From: Eledone cirrhosa
Taxonomy: Eukaryota
Assembly: GCA_964016885.1 (NCBI GenBank)
Contig: OZ024742.1
Coordinates: 94,550,001-94,614,000, forward strand
Reading direction: 5' to 3'
Length of the DNA: 64,000 nucleotides
A program made the translations under genes and the position numbers. The notes beneath the pieces are model-generated. The model saw only the letters and a list, made by a program, of their open reading frames with translations. It was not told where the DNA came from and did not search any database. This document shows positions 52,944 to 64,000 of this stretch, piece by piece (within the stretch, counting starts at the first letter, position 1; each line of letters starts with the position of its first letter).

Positions 52944-53379
52944 GTGTTCAACAATATTCAATGATTATGTAAAAGAATGAGTTTTACAGTAGATTGTAAG
53001 CACTCTACGGAAAAATAATTTTCATAATATATATCTATAAAAATGATTCCTCTTTGTCTCTCTTTGCTTGATCAATTCTCTTTTGCTCTCTATACTCCTG
53101 CTAGCTATATTATCCCCTCATCTGTTTTCTCTCTGTTTTTCTTTTTTCTTTCCTCTTTCTTCAATAATTTAAATTATTTGAATCTCTAACAGTTATGTAA
53201 ATTGCTGTTATGTATTTTTAAGCTTTCTCACACGCACCCTCTGTATTATATGTATTATATGTAAGATTTTTCATGTCTCAATCTTAAGGTACATAAATAT
53301 TGAATTTTGTCATATCTTACTCACTACGATGACTGGATCTTAACCATCTACTATGTCAGGGTATGTCATGCATCATCTT

Positions 53380-53444
53380 ATTTTATCTGATGAGGACGTA
53401 CTGTTGAAGTTAGCTCAGAACCTCTGAAATATGTATAATAAAAT
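53380..53444 (+). ncRNA. Minimal type I hammerhead ribozyme, weak stem II
   Basis: attttat CTGATGA GGA..TCT GAAA T-ATGT-A TA ataaaat; perfect 7 bp stem I. Confidence 0.7.
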
Positions 53445-54387
53445 ATACTTGATCACAAGAAGTTCTTTTTTGTTAATATTTTGAATTAATATTAATAACT
53501 CCGGAAAATCATAACTGTTGAGTGCTTCCACTCTATTGTAAAACTCATTCTTTGATTTATTCATTGAACCTTGTTTGACCTTTAAATATATATATATATA
53601 TATGCCTCTGTGTGTGTGTGTGTACACATGCAAATGTACAATGTTTTCAGTATTATTTGATAAGTTTAAAGATACAGTAATAGCTCTAGTAGAAGCAGAA
53701 GTGAATAGTACAATTTGATGCAGTATTTTGAAAATGGAAGACACTTTTCAAACTTGCAAAAGTTATAATTTCGATTGATTTGAATATATCTACAATTTCC
53801 ATAATGATATATATATATATATATGTGTGTGTGTACATATATATATACGTATAAACATGCCTGAATTGATTTACCATCATTAACCACATATATATATATT
53901 TTTGTACATACTAATGTATGTGTGCATGTATGATTTGTCTATCTTTCAGTGCACACATGCAAAAAAGCATTCATAAATACTTGTACATATTAAATACACT
54001 CTTAATCTCTCACACATTTAATGACATGAAATCGGAAAATTCCACTAGAATACTTTATTGTAATATTCACCTCTGGATACGAAGCAGGGACATTTACTGA
54101 AATGAACTGCAACCAATGTTAATAAACTGAACTTCTGCAAAGTTTTCTGTCCAAGACTAGCGGCAGAAAATCTGATAAGGTGTTCATTGAAATAATTAGA
54201 AATTCTAATGAAATTTTGTATAACATTTGCTCTTTGTTTTATATTATGTTTTAAATTGTGGGGAAGAACTTAACGTAACGTGTCGATATATGCATAATAT
54301 GTTTGGAGCATTATTTACATATATACCATATATATATATATATATGTGTGTGTGTGTATATATATAAATATATATATTAAGTATGTG

Positions 54388-54756
54388 TGGCGAATTGGAA
54401 AAGTAATTAGAGAAGTGGATTAAATGCCTTGGTATTTGTACCAGGTCTCAACACTGTGTGTTCAAATTTCATCACAATTAACTTTACATTTCCTATTTTC
54501 GGTATCAATAAAATAGAGTACCAGCCAAAGGGTGGTGGATTAGGAGAATGTTTAAAGAGTTATATGGGACACTTTGCAGTATCTGATTTGTCTCTGTCTT
54601 CTGAGTTACTATATTACTTCCTTTGGATTTGTAGTTGGCAGATGGAAATATTGTTTTGTCTGCTCTGATAATCAACAAATAAAATAAAATAAAATAAAAT
54701 ACATGTTTTGACCAGGATTATTATTATTATTATAATTATTATTATTATTATTATAA

Positions 54757-54831
<75 letters not shown>

Positions 54832-55668
54832 GTATTTAGAATAATGTGTAGATATATTAGATTATATAAAGAGATTGGTTTTTGAGTCAATAAAATGTTA
54901 ATCTTATTTTTAATTCGGAATGGAAGACATTCGGTTTAAGACTTCTCTCTGCAATGAACCTAATTCTATATGGATACCACAGTGAAGTACATCATATTTC
55001 TGTAAGCAGCAGGATCGTTGGAATACTGATGTGTTTTGTTGAATTTCTTGCAAAAAAAAGAAAGAGATAGGTTTTTGGGTAGAACTGGAGTCCGTTGGTA
55101 GAATGTTATGTTATTTTCTAAACTCTAAAAAGATAAAAAAACAGTTGACGTCGGCAAGATTCAAACTAAGGGCATACGAAACCAGAACAATCACCACATT
55201 ACATTCTATCTGACCTAACAACTCTGCCAATTTGCTTCATAGGTTATTGGATATGAGCAGCCAAATATTCAGCTGTCAATTCAAATGAAAGCTTTGTTGT
55301 ATACCAAAATGTTTGAGTGTCATGAGGAGTGGAGAAACCTTTAGGTTTCAGGCTTCAGCTGAATGGAGAGTGATGTGTGTGTTTAGATAACACAGCTAGC
55401 TACCTACTAATTTCTCTAGATTCTTTTCAAGGGCCTGTAGCAATGCTGGATATAGACATAAGGTAAACATGATGCAGCATAATGCCTAGCAATCTACAGG
55501 GAGCTAAAACGTTTCAGAAAGATGTGGAGTATTATAGTTTTAAATATTCTTCCAAAAATAACTTGAAGATTGACTGACCAACACCAGACTATCTAAAATC
55601 TATATCTTAATCAATATATATATATATAAATTTGACACATAAGCCATTTCAACCTCTCTCTCTCTCTA

Positions 55669-55722
<54 letters not shown>

Positions 55723-57105
55723 CTATGGGAGTGTATATGTGCGTTTGTATGTATTTATATCTATCTACACACACACATATATATTTATATGTGTGGGTGG
55801 GTGTATGTGTGCGTGTGTGTGTGTGTGTATACATTAAATAGCTTAAGTGACAAATCTTTTTTGTGTAGTTCATGATTTGGATTTTAAGAAATCAAAAAAG
55901 AAATAGTTTTTATTTGATATCTCCTGCCTGATTCTGCAAACAATTTCTTTATTACTTATATCATTAAGACTGCTTCATTATATTGTGAGTCCAAATCCCA
56001 TCAAGCTCAACTTTGCCTTTCATCTTCTTGGGGTCAATAAAATAAAGCACTGTTACGTACAGAGTTAGTTTAAATGACTTTCTCTCCCTCAACTAAAAAA
56101 ATAGCCTTGTCCCTAAATTAGAAACCATGATAATTTATATTAATAACTGTGATCTTAGTTATTTATTTTTTCAATATTTTGTATATATATATATGAAAAT
56201 TCTGAACCTGCCATCCTGGTATTCCAGTTTCAACAACGTTTGACAATATCCTATTAGCCCCATTTTATAACACAACTCAATTTACTGCTGTTTGTGGGAG
56301 TTTGGTTCTATTGTGTTCTAACCTGGTATATATGCATATATTTATTTACCACACCACATTAATACTTCACATACACTTCATTTCACATTACTGACTTTAA
56401 AAACATGGAGATGTTTGAATGATTGCTGTTATTTATACTACATTTGGTACAAATCATATATATCATCATCAGCAACAGCATTTTACATCTTTATTTCTTA
56501 CTTGGAGGTGGGTTGATAGGTTGCCACGGTTTGAGACAAGACAGGTTGCAGAGACCTAATTTTGATCAAACAATCATGATAGTTTCTATGGCTGGATGCA
56601 TTTCCTAATACCAAATACCTTATTGAGTGCACATGTTACATTTTATCATGACATCATCACTACCAATTTACAAAGTATGTAGGATGAATTTTGTCATAGC
56701 AGCAGCATTAGAGATGTTGTTATATGCTCAGTCAGAATGGAGAGTTCTTGCTATCCTAATTGCCTCTGTTCGATTGACAATCACTTTACAGAATTCACAG
56801 GATGTTTTACATATCCTACAAGTCTGGCAATCTATACTACCACACACCTCTGTTTACTATTGTTATTTACAAAACTTTCTGTATCAACCAGTGATAATTA
56901 TAAATCATTACATTAGTTTGACTTCTTTAGTAAGGCATTGCATTATTTTTGGTTATGGTTCTTGACATTCTTACGTTCTAAGGTAAAACCTGCAGAGGTT
57001 AGTTTTGCCTTTCATCCTTACATGGTCGATAAAATAAGGTACCAGTATTGACTTTCCTCTCCCCCCAAATTGTCGGCCTCCTTCCTAAATCAGAAACTAT
57101 TATTT
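54388..57105 (+). mobile_element. Several old Nin/Deu-type SINE copies (~54388-54525, 55985-56125, 56950-57105) separated by unique or simple sequence
   Basis: tttgcctttcatc..ggtc(g/a)ataaaataa..acc motif in each. Confidence 0.65.
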
Positions 57106-58880
57106 TTGTCAAATTCGTAAATATTTTAGGGTTTTTTTTTCAGATTTAATTGATGATTATAATGTGAATATCCAGAGTTTGGGGCCACAAATGTGGTAGG
57201 GGATCAGGTTTCAAAGAATTAATGTATGTTGGAATATTATTAAAAATCATACTTTAGTATTGTCTAGTGTGTCCAAGATTTAATTAGTATATGGCCTCAA
57301 AAATGTAAATTAGGCATTAGCCTATAGTCTGTTTTTTTTTCTCTAATCTTAATGGAAATGAAACATAATGATACTCAACAAATTCTCTTTTAAATTTACT
57401 ATTATTCAACAAAGCTTTTTGGATTATATAATGTCTATAAAAACAAAAAGAAAGAGAAAAATTTTGAATAGTGGAAAAGAAAGTGGAAAAAAAAATTGGG
57501 AGACACTACGCAGCTGTCAAGGTGGAATATCTCAGCTGCACCATGAACAAAATGGTGAAGGCATTGCTGCAGAGAAAAGCCAATGAAAACTAGTACATCA
57601 GCTAATTCACCTCATGGAGCTCCTTCCTGGGGCAGTTGTACTTTTCCCAATTTAGTAAAGTAAACAACAGTTTAGGGACAGAGGACACCAGATATCATAA
57701 CAGTGACTGACACAAAAAGGAAGCAGTCTGTGAAGTTATGGTATTTGACTAACTTCCTCTCTTTGGTGTTACAGATCGCAGTGCCCATTTGATCATCATC
57801 AACTATCATGGATTCAAGTATTTACCCATTTAGCTGTCATTCTGACTCTATTGTTGTCTGCCATTGAAGACTCTGCTCACCAAAACTATTCCTATTCACA
57901 TCACTCGTGAAAATTTAGTATCATACTGAATATAACTATTGTTGTTTTTACATATGCTTTCTTGTGATGCCATGAATTGATGGGAATTTTGGGGCAGTGT
58001 TTTGGCATTAAGAAGGGTTGGCATTAGGAATCATGATACAATATGGAATATATGAGCAACGCTGTTTTTTTTAACTATTTAGTCCTGGATTGTGGTAACC
58101 CATCCAACCTATACCAGCATTGAAAATGGATATAAAATAATGATAATGATGACATTTTCTAGCCAAATGGTATTTCTGTTGGCAACCCTGTTAGTTGCAT
58201 CATAGAACATACAAATAATAAGCATACATATACTAAAATCTGGGATACACATAATATTCAGTAAATTAAAATAAATAAAATGTATATTTAAATAGAAGAT
58301 TCCCATTATATAGAAACCTCATAAATAAAGGCCTGTGTCCAATCAAAATTTCTTTAATATGAAATAAAAATCACATGATGATGTCTAAGTAAATCAACAA
58401 ATATACTTAGCGAAGATTGATAACCAGCAAAACATAAGATCACTGTAAACATCAATTTGAATGTTTACCTAAGATATTATATTTCATTTGGCATCTTTAC
58501 AACAATTTAGACTCCATGTACATTATCTGGGGCCAGCCAGTCGTTTGCCATGGAATATATTTCGTTATTGAATGGTTTCAGATGGAAAATAAGTGAAAAC
58601 ATATTTACTCTTCTCGATAGCCATCACTCTGTCTAACTATGACATTGTTCCTATGTTTGAAAACAATATATATATATATGTATATGTGTATATATATATA
58701 TATATGTGTGTGTATATATATATACATATGTGTATATATATATATATGTATACATATATATATATATATATATATATGTGTATATATGTAAATATATATA
58801 TACGTGTGTCTATGTGTGTATGTCAGAGTGTGTAATATGTATATAAGTATATATATAAGTAAATGTATATGTATATATAT

Positions 58881-58981
58881 AGTAATAATAAATTTGAAGA
58901 CTAAAATCCAAAGAGGGCTCGATAAGGATAAATATATATCAAATATATAAGAACTGTAGAACATATATTTATTAAAATAAA
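58881..58981. repeat. Solo ~100 bp copy of the terminus of the 50.7 kb PLE
   Basis: ttgaagactaaaatcca.agagggctcgata.gg..aatatatatcaaatatataagaac matches 50662-50762. Confidence 0.85.
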
Positions 58982-59130
58982 AGATATATTATATGTATAT
59001 ATATATATATATATATAAATAAATGTATACATGTATATATATATATATATTTATATATTTGTATATCTATGTATATATATATGTGTATATATACATATAA
59101 ATGTATATATAATATGTATATATATATATG

Positions 59131-59948
59131 TCATCATCATCATCATCACCATTTTATGTCCGTTCTTCCACGCTAGCATGGGTTAGACGGGTTGTCTTGT
59201 TGTGGGCAGTGTCCGGTCAGCTGACCTTGTCTTGCTCATACGGGAACTGATTCTGGCTTGATTTCTGCAGCAGGATGCCCTTCCTAACACCAACTTCATT
59301 TACAGTGAGTGCTGGGTGCTTTTTTTCTGTGGCGCCTACACATCCATTTTACAGTGTGGGCTGGATGCTTTTTTGCTGTGGCACCTCCACGACCACTTTG
59401 CAGTGGGAAGGTGTGGGGGCATATTGTCTATATGCTTCAGCTTTGACTTGTACTCGTGGGGGGGGGGGTCTTCAGTATTACTGCGTGACGCCAGTGGTCA
59501 CGGTCGTGTGTCATGGCCTTTGAGAGGTGTAATTGGGTATGGTCGGCTTTTATCACCACATCCCAGGTCATCTTGGGTCTCCCCACTCCGCGGTTTCCAT
59601 CGACTTCTATTGCTCTGCACCTTTTTATGCAGCTGTCATCCTTCATACGCATCACATGTCTATACCAATGCAACTGCCTCTCCTGCACACAGCATTTGAT
59701 TCCTCTTAAGCTCAGTCTCTCTCTCAATTCATTTATGCTTTGCCGTTCGCATATATTACTATTACACATCCATCGGAGCATGCAGGCTTCGTTTCTTTCT
59801 AATCTATGCATGTCTTCCACAGACAGCGCCCACGTCTCACTACCATGTAACATTGTTGTTCGTATACACACATCATACAGTCTGCCTTTCATTTTGAGGG
59901 AAAAACCTTTTGCAGTTAGCAGTGGTAGTAACTCCCTGAACTTCTTCC
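59131..59948 (-). mobile_element. RTE LINE 3' fragment
   Basis: KKFRELLPLL..MLHGSETW..WYRHVMRM..GRPKMTW; UTR and (ATG)n tail. Confidence 0.92.
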
Positions 59949-60179
59949 TTTTGCATATGTATATATATGCATATATGCATATATGTATCATCATCATCAT
60001 CATCATTTCATTTTACGTCCGCTTTTCCCTGCTTGCAAGGGTAGGACGGGAACTGATTCTGGCTTGATTTCTACAGCTGGATGCGCTTCCTAACACCAAC
60101 CTCATTTACAGTGATTGCTGGGTGCTTTTTTGCCATGGCACCTCCACAACCACTTTGCAGTGGAATGATAGAGACCAGA

Positions 60180-60332
60180 GTCCCTATCATCTCATTTCTA
60201 CAGCTGAGTAAACTGGAGCAATCTGAAATAAAATGTCTTGCTCAAGGAAACAACACATCACCCTGTCTGAGAATTGAACTCACAACCTTTCGATTGCAAG
60301 GCCAATGCTCTAACCACTAACCCATGTGCCTC
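60180..60332 (-). mobile_element. tRNA-derived SINE
   Basis: Minus strand ggcacatgggttagtggttagagc..gtgagttcaattc..ccttgagcaagacatttt. Confidence 0.75.
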
Positions 60333-60379
60333 TATATATACATATATATGTATGTATATATGTATGTATATATGTATAT

Positions 60380-60989
60380 GTCAGGTTACCACTTGGTGCT
60401 ACTGGTAACATGTATCCCAGTACAACCTGTCTCACGGTCGGGTTGTTGGCGATGAAACTGGCAACACCACTAAGGTTTCTTGGTGAGGAGGGTGACTTTG
60501 GACATCCTGCAGGACTAAAAACAAAACCTGTCAAAGGGCAAAGGAGCTCTTAAGAATCAATGGCCATCCAAAATCACTGGGAGAGATGACCGCTTAGCCT
60601 TTGTCAAGGCAGAATTCTAGGAGAAGGAAAACTCTGATATAACACCTGCAACCCTGATGGTATCCAATGATGTTGACTTGTTCTTCTTTTTGGTAAATAT
60701 CATCTTGGTTAAGAGAGTGGGACTGGCTTTGTGCAGTGCCTTTGCTCACTATAAAAGCTTCACGGCACAGGCATTGCTTTATATCTGGAGATCTCTCTGC
60801 ACTTGCCGTCACATGGTACCATGGGCCCAGCACTATGTGTCAATAATTGTCACAAGTGTAGTGTTTGTACCAGAGTTTTCAAGTCGCTGGCTGGACTAAA
60901 AAGTCACACTCATTCAGCGCATCGGTAGGGGTTCTCCTACATGGATATAAAGTAGTGGCCGTACTCGAAAACGAGTTGGCAGCCACCAT
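60380..60989 (+). mobile_element. Non-autonomous bipartite RTE derivative (5' UTR joined to the extreme 3' end)
   Basis: RTE 5'-region-like motif ctaggagaaggaaaactctga; terminal CSVCTRVFKSLAGLKSHTHSAHR* zinc finger; 3' stem-loop gtggc..actcg-aaaa-cgagt..gccac. Confidence 0.65.
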
Positions 60990-61091
60990 ATATGTATATG
61001 TATATATGTATATATATATATACATATAAATATATGCATGTACTTATACATATGTATGTGTGTGTGTGTGAATATATATATATATATTTAT

Positions 61092-61134
<43 letters not shown>

Positions 61135-63250
61135 AGATCAAAAGATGGTTAAAGGAGTTCCATGTATTTTATTATGCGCATTTCAAAAACAAACATCATC
61201 ATGCAATAATATTTGTGTTTTCATCAGATAAAACAGGAGAACATGATATGAAGGGTAAAAAACACTTGTGGATAGTGCAGTTTTAAATCAACATATGAAA
61301 AGTGATTTTAGATTGATGTGTGATATTGGGAAAAATATTTTATTTAGAGGGGGGGGGGCGTGGAAAGGATGAAAAAGGGGAGGAGATGAGAGGGAGAGAT
61401 GGGTGATAGAGAGAAAGAGATAGTTTTTATAACTGAGAGAAGATATATTGTTTTACATAGAGAGGTTGAAAACCGTTGGAAGATAATGTATAAATTAAAA
61501 GAATTTGAAAATTAACGAAGGGAAGATATGTATGAGGAAAAAATATTTTATTTAGGGAGGGGGGGGGAGGATGAAAAAAAGGGGGAGGAGATGAGAGTGA
61601 AGGTGGAGAGGGAGAGATGGGTGATAGAGAGAAAGAGATAGTTTTTATAACTGAGAAAAGATATATTGTTTTACATAGAGAGGTTGAGAACCGTTGGAAG
61701 ATAATGTATAAATTAAAAGAATTTGAAAATTAACGAAGGGAATTTATGTATGAAGATAGAGAGAAAAAATAATAATTGTGGATGAATATTCTAACGTCAA
61801 AAAAAAGTGTATGTTGATAAGTATTGTGGCAATTTCAAAATTAACGAAGAGAAAAAATTATTAAAGTTTGTGTGTAGAAGGATTTGAGAAAAATAATGTG
61901 AAGTTAAAGTTTGTATATTGAAGGAATTGATATGTGCGAATAAAGAGTTAATATGTATTAAGAATGAGTTCGTTGATGGGGAGAAAAAAATAATAAATTA
62001 AGGATGAAATTGAGATTAAAAAGTTTTATGATAGAGAGAAAAAATAATAATAATTGCGGATGAATATTCTAACGTCAAAAAAACAAATGTATATGTTATG
62101 AAGGATTTTACAAGGTGAAGATAGAAAGAGGGTAATGAGTAAACAAGTATTATAGAGTGTATAATGCCCTTTGAAGTAAGGTAGGAAGATGGGTATATTT
62201 TAAAGAGGTGTATGTATATGTGCCTTTGAGAAAAGATTCTAAATTGATAAAGAATTGGATATTAACTGTATACTTTGTGAAAAGTCCTATGGAATTTATG
62301 CAGGCAGATAGAAAACAAATCTGTACGTCTATTTATTATAGAATCTAGGTTAGAGATAATGGTAAATTTTTCATTTAGGCAGAGATTACAGATTTTAGAT
62401 AGAGAGCTGTTCAAGTATGAGGATGCAGAAGAAACCTTCTTCCAAAAGATGGTATATTTAATGTTTTTGTCTTTCAAGGACCATATGAGTTCTGAGAGAG
62501 CCGTGTTGGTTCTTTTAAGTTTGTATTTGAAAGATGAATGATGATTGTAGAGACGAGCTTTAAAAGAGGTGGAAGTGGAGCCAAAATAGGTGAAGGAATT
62601 GGTGCTAGTTATAACTTTACATTCATAAATTAAGTTTTTATCGAGACAATGGTTGTTGAGAGGACATTTATTTTTAATGCGGCAGTTGCAATTAGAGAGA
62701 TTATTAATGAGTGACCTAGTGTTATCTATAGAAGGAATTAGATTGGAGAAGTTGTTTGCGTTAGGAATAATAGGAATAATAGTTTCTTGATTTAGAGTTG
62801 GATTATGAACATATAGCGAAGTTGTGTTTGACGTTGTATTTGGGTTTACAAAAGTTAGCCTAGGGTTTACAATGATGTCGGGAGTACTATTACTGTTATT
62901 ATGAAATTCAATGTTGGAAGGAAGAGATTTAGTATTTAGTATTTTATTGTTGTGTTTAGAGATTATGTTGGAAATATTGGAGGATGTAGAATAGGAAAAT
63001 TTGATGGTGTGTTTGGTAAATATTTTACTATAGATATGTGAGGGAGGGAAGCATTTATTTAAGGCACTAAAAAATAATTTAGGAATATTGTTATTAATAG
63101 AGATGGAGAAAGGAGCATTATACCAGATTATGTTTTTGTATCTAGGTCTTTTATTAAAATTATTGGAATGATCATGATTAATTATTCTACTGTAAGTTTT
63201 TCTAGAATTTGTTTCTTTACTATATATGATTTTATCTGGATAGCCGGCTT
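61135..63250 (-). mobile_element. 5'-truncated Penelope-like element: linker + GIY-YIG (to stop at 62262), ~1.1 kb 3' UTR with internal duplications, terminal hammerhead
   Basis: NIIWYNAPFS..CFPPSHIYSKIFTKHTIKFSYSTSSN..CNCRIKNKCPLNNHCLDKNLIYECKV..TYFGSTSTSFKARLYNHHSSF..ALSELIWSLK..CNLCLNEK. Confidence 0.92.
61166..61234 (-). ncRNA. Type I hammerhead ribozyme with palindromic GCGC loop 3
   Basis: gttttat CTGATGA AAA-c-ACAAATATTATT..GATGATGTTTGT-t-TTT GAAA T-GCGC-A TA ataaaat. Confidence 0.85.
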
Positions 63251-63574
63251 ATATATATGCATTTGGGTGTTCCATTTTGCAAAGTATTTGCAAATCATCT
63301 TCTGTTCATTACGCATGTGTTCGAGTTGATGAAATAACGATCTATACCATATTGTATGTCAATCAAATAATATTTAGATGTTGCTCATTTTCACACCTTT
63401 TTTTTTTTTTTATTTATGACAATATTTTGGATCTAGCCTATCGTATATTGTCCTTCCTGTTCACTTTATTGAACCAACACAGTAGAATGAAATTAAATGA
63501 AAATAAGTAGGTGGAATACATTCTAAATACGCAATAATATTCTGGTTTAAGAGATAAACATTTTTAATGAATTA

Positions 63575-64000
63575 CATTTGTAGCCGGAAACATCCTTTTG
63601 TCCTCTGAGACACTTGTTTCTTTTGCTCTGCAACAATTTTTAAGAGGAACAGTTTTTGATTTTCATCCTTTGTAGAAACATTTATCTCTTTATGAGATAA
63701 ATACCCCACTCAACAGTGTCATTCACAACTTTCAAAGCATCAACAAATGCTTTGATATTGCTGTAAGTGTTAAAATCCAAATTTTTCTTCATAACAAGTC
63801 AGTCAGTTCCTTGTTGTTGAAAGTTATTCCTTTTCACTTCACCTTCTTTATCACCTTTTGTTTTTTTCTTTGATTAGAATTTGGAACATTTTATCTTCTT
63901 ATCCAGTCCAAGTCTTTTGTCAAAGAATGTCAATGCTACTAACTTTTCTGACAAGTGCTACAAGTAGCACTGAAGGACTGTCTCTGTCATGGTTCTGATC
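63575..64000 (-). mobile_element. Degenerate DNA transposase C-terminal fragment, tentatively Sola2-like
   Basis: Manual translation YSNIKAFVDALKVVNDTVEWGIYLI/ EINVSTKDENQKLFLLKIVAEQKK resembles the LKVVNDxAERGVxLI..TKDExQxQxLLxVV motif. Confidence 0.5.

Overview
AT-rich animal genomic DNA with no recognisable host gene exon. The repeat repertoire (RTE LINEs with (ATG)n tails, Nin/Deu-domain tRNA SINEs, mollusc-type 5S relic, very long (TA)n tracts) suggests a cephalopod such as Octopus; this is an inference. The window is almost all mobile-element debris: about 8 truncated RTE copies, one near full-length frameshifted APE-RT LINE (38.7-42.0 kb), CR1, CRE-like and Sola2-like fragments, SINEs, mariner MITEs, a 5S pseudogene and at least six Penelope-like element (PLE) coding fragments. 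The main signal is non-coding. At least seven independent loci carry a hand-foldable minimal type I hammerhead ribozyme (CUGANGA...GAAA...NUH with a tiny, mostly palindromic stem III), and about nine long inverted repeats or palindromes occur, mostly in (TA)n at 42-54 kb. Several palindromes carry a hammerhead on each arm, and two unrelated ones have a UUGAUAA (U3-A8 compensatory) core. All folds, translations outside the ORF track and coordinates were derived by eye; nothing was computed or searched.
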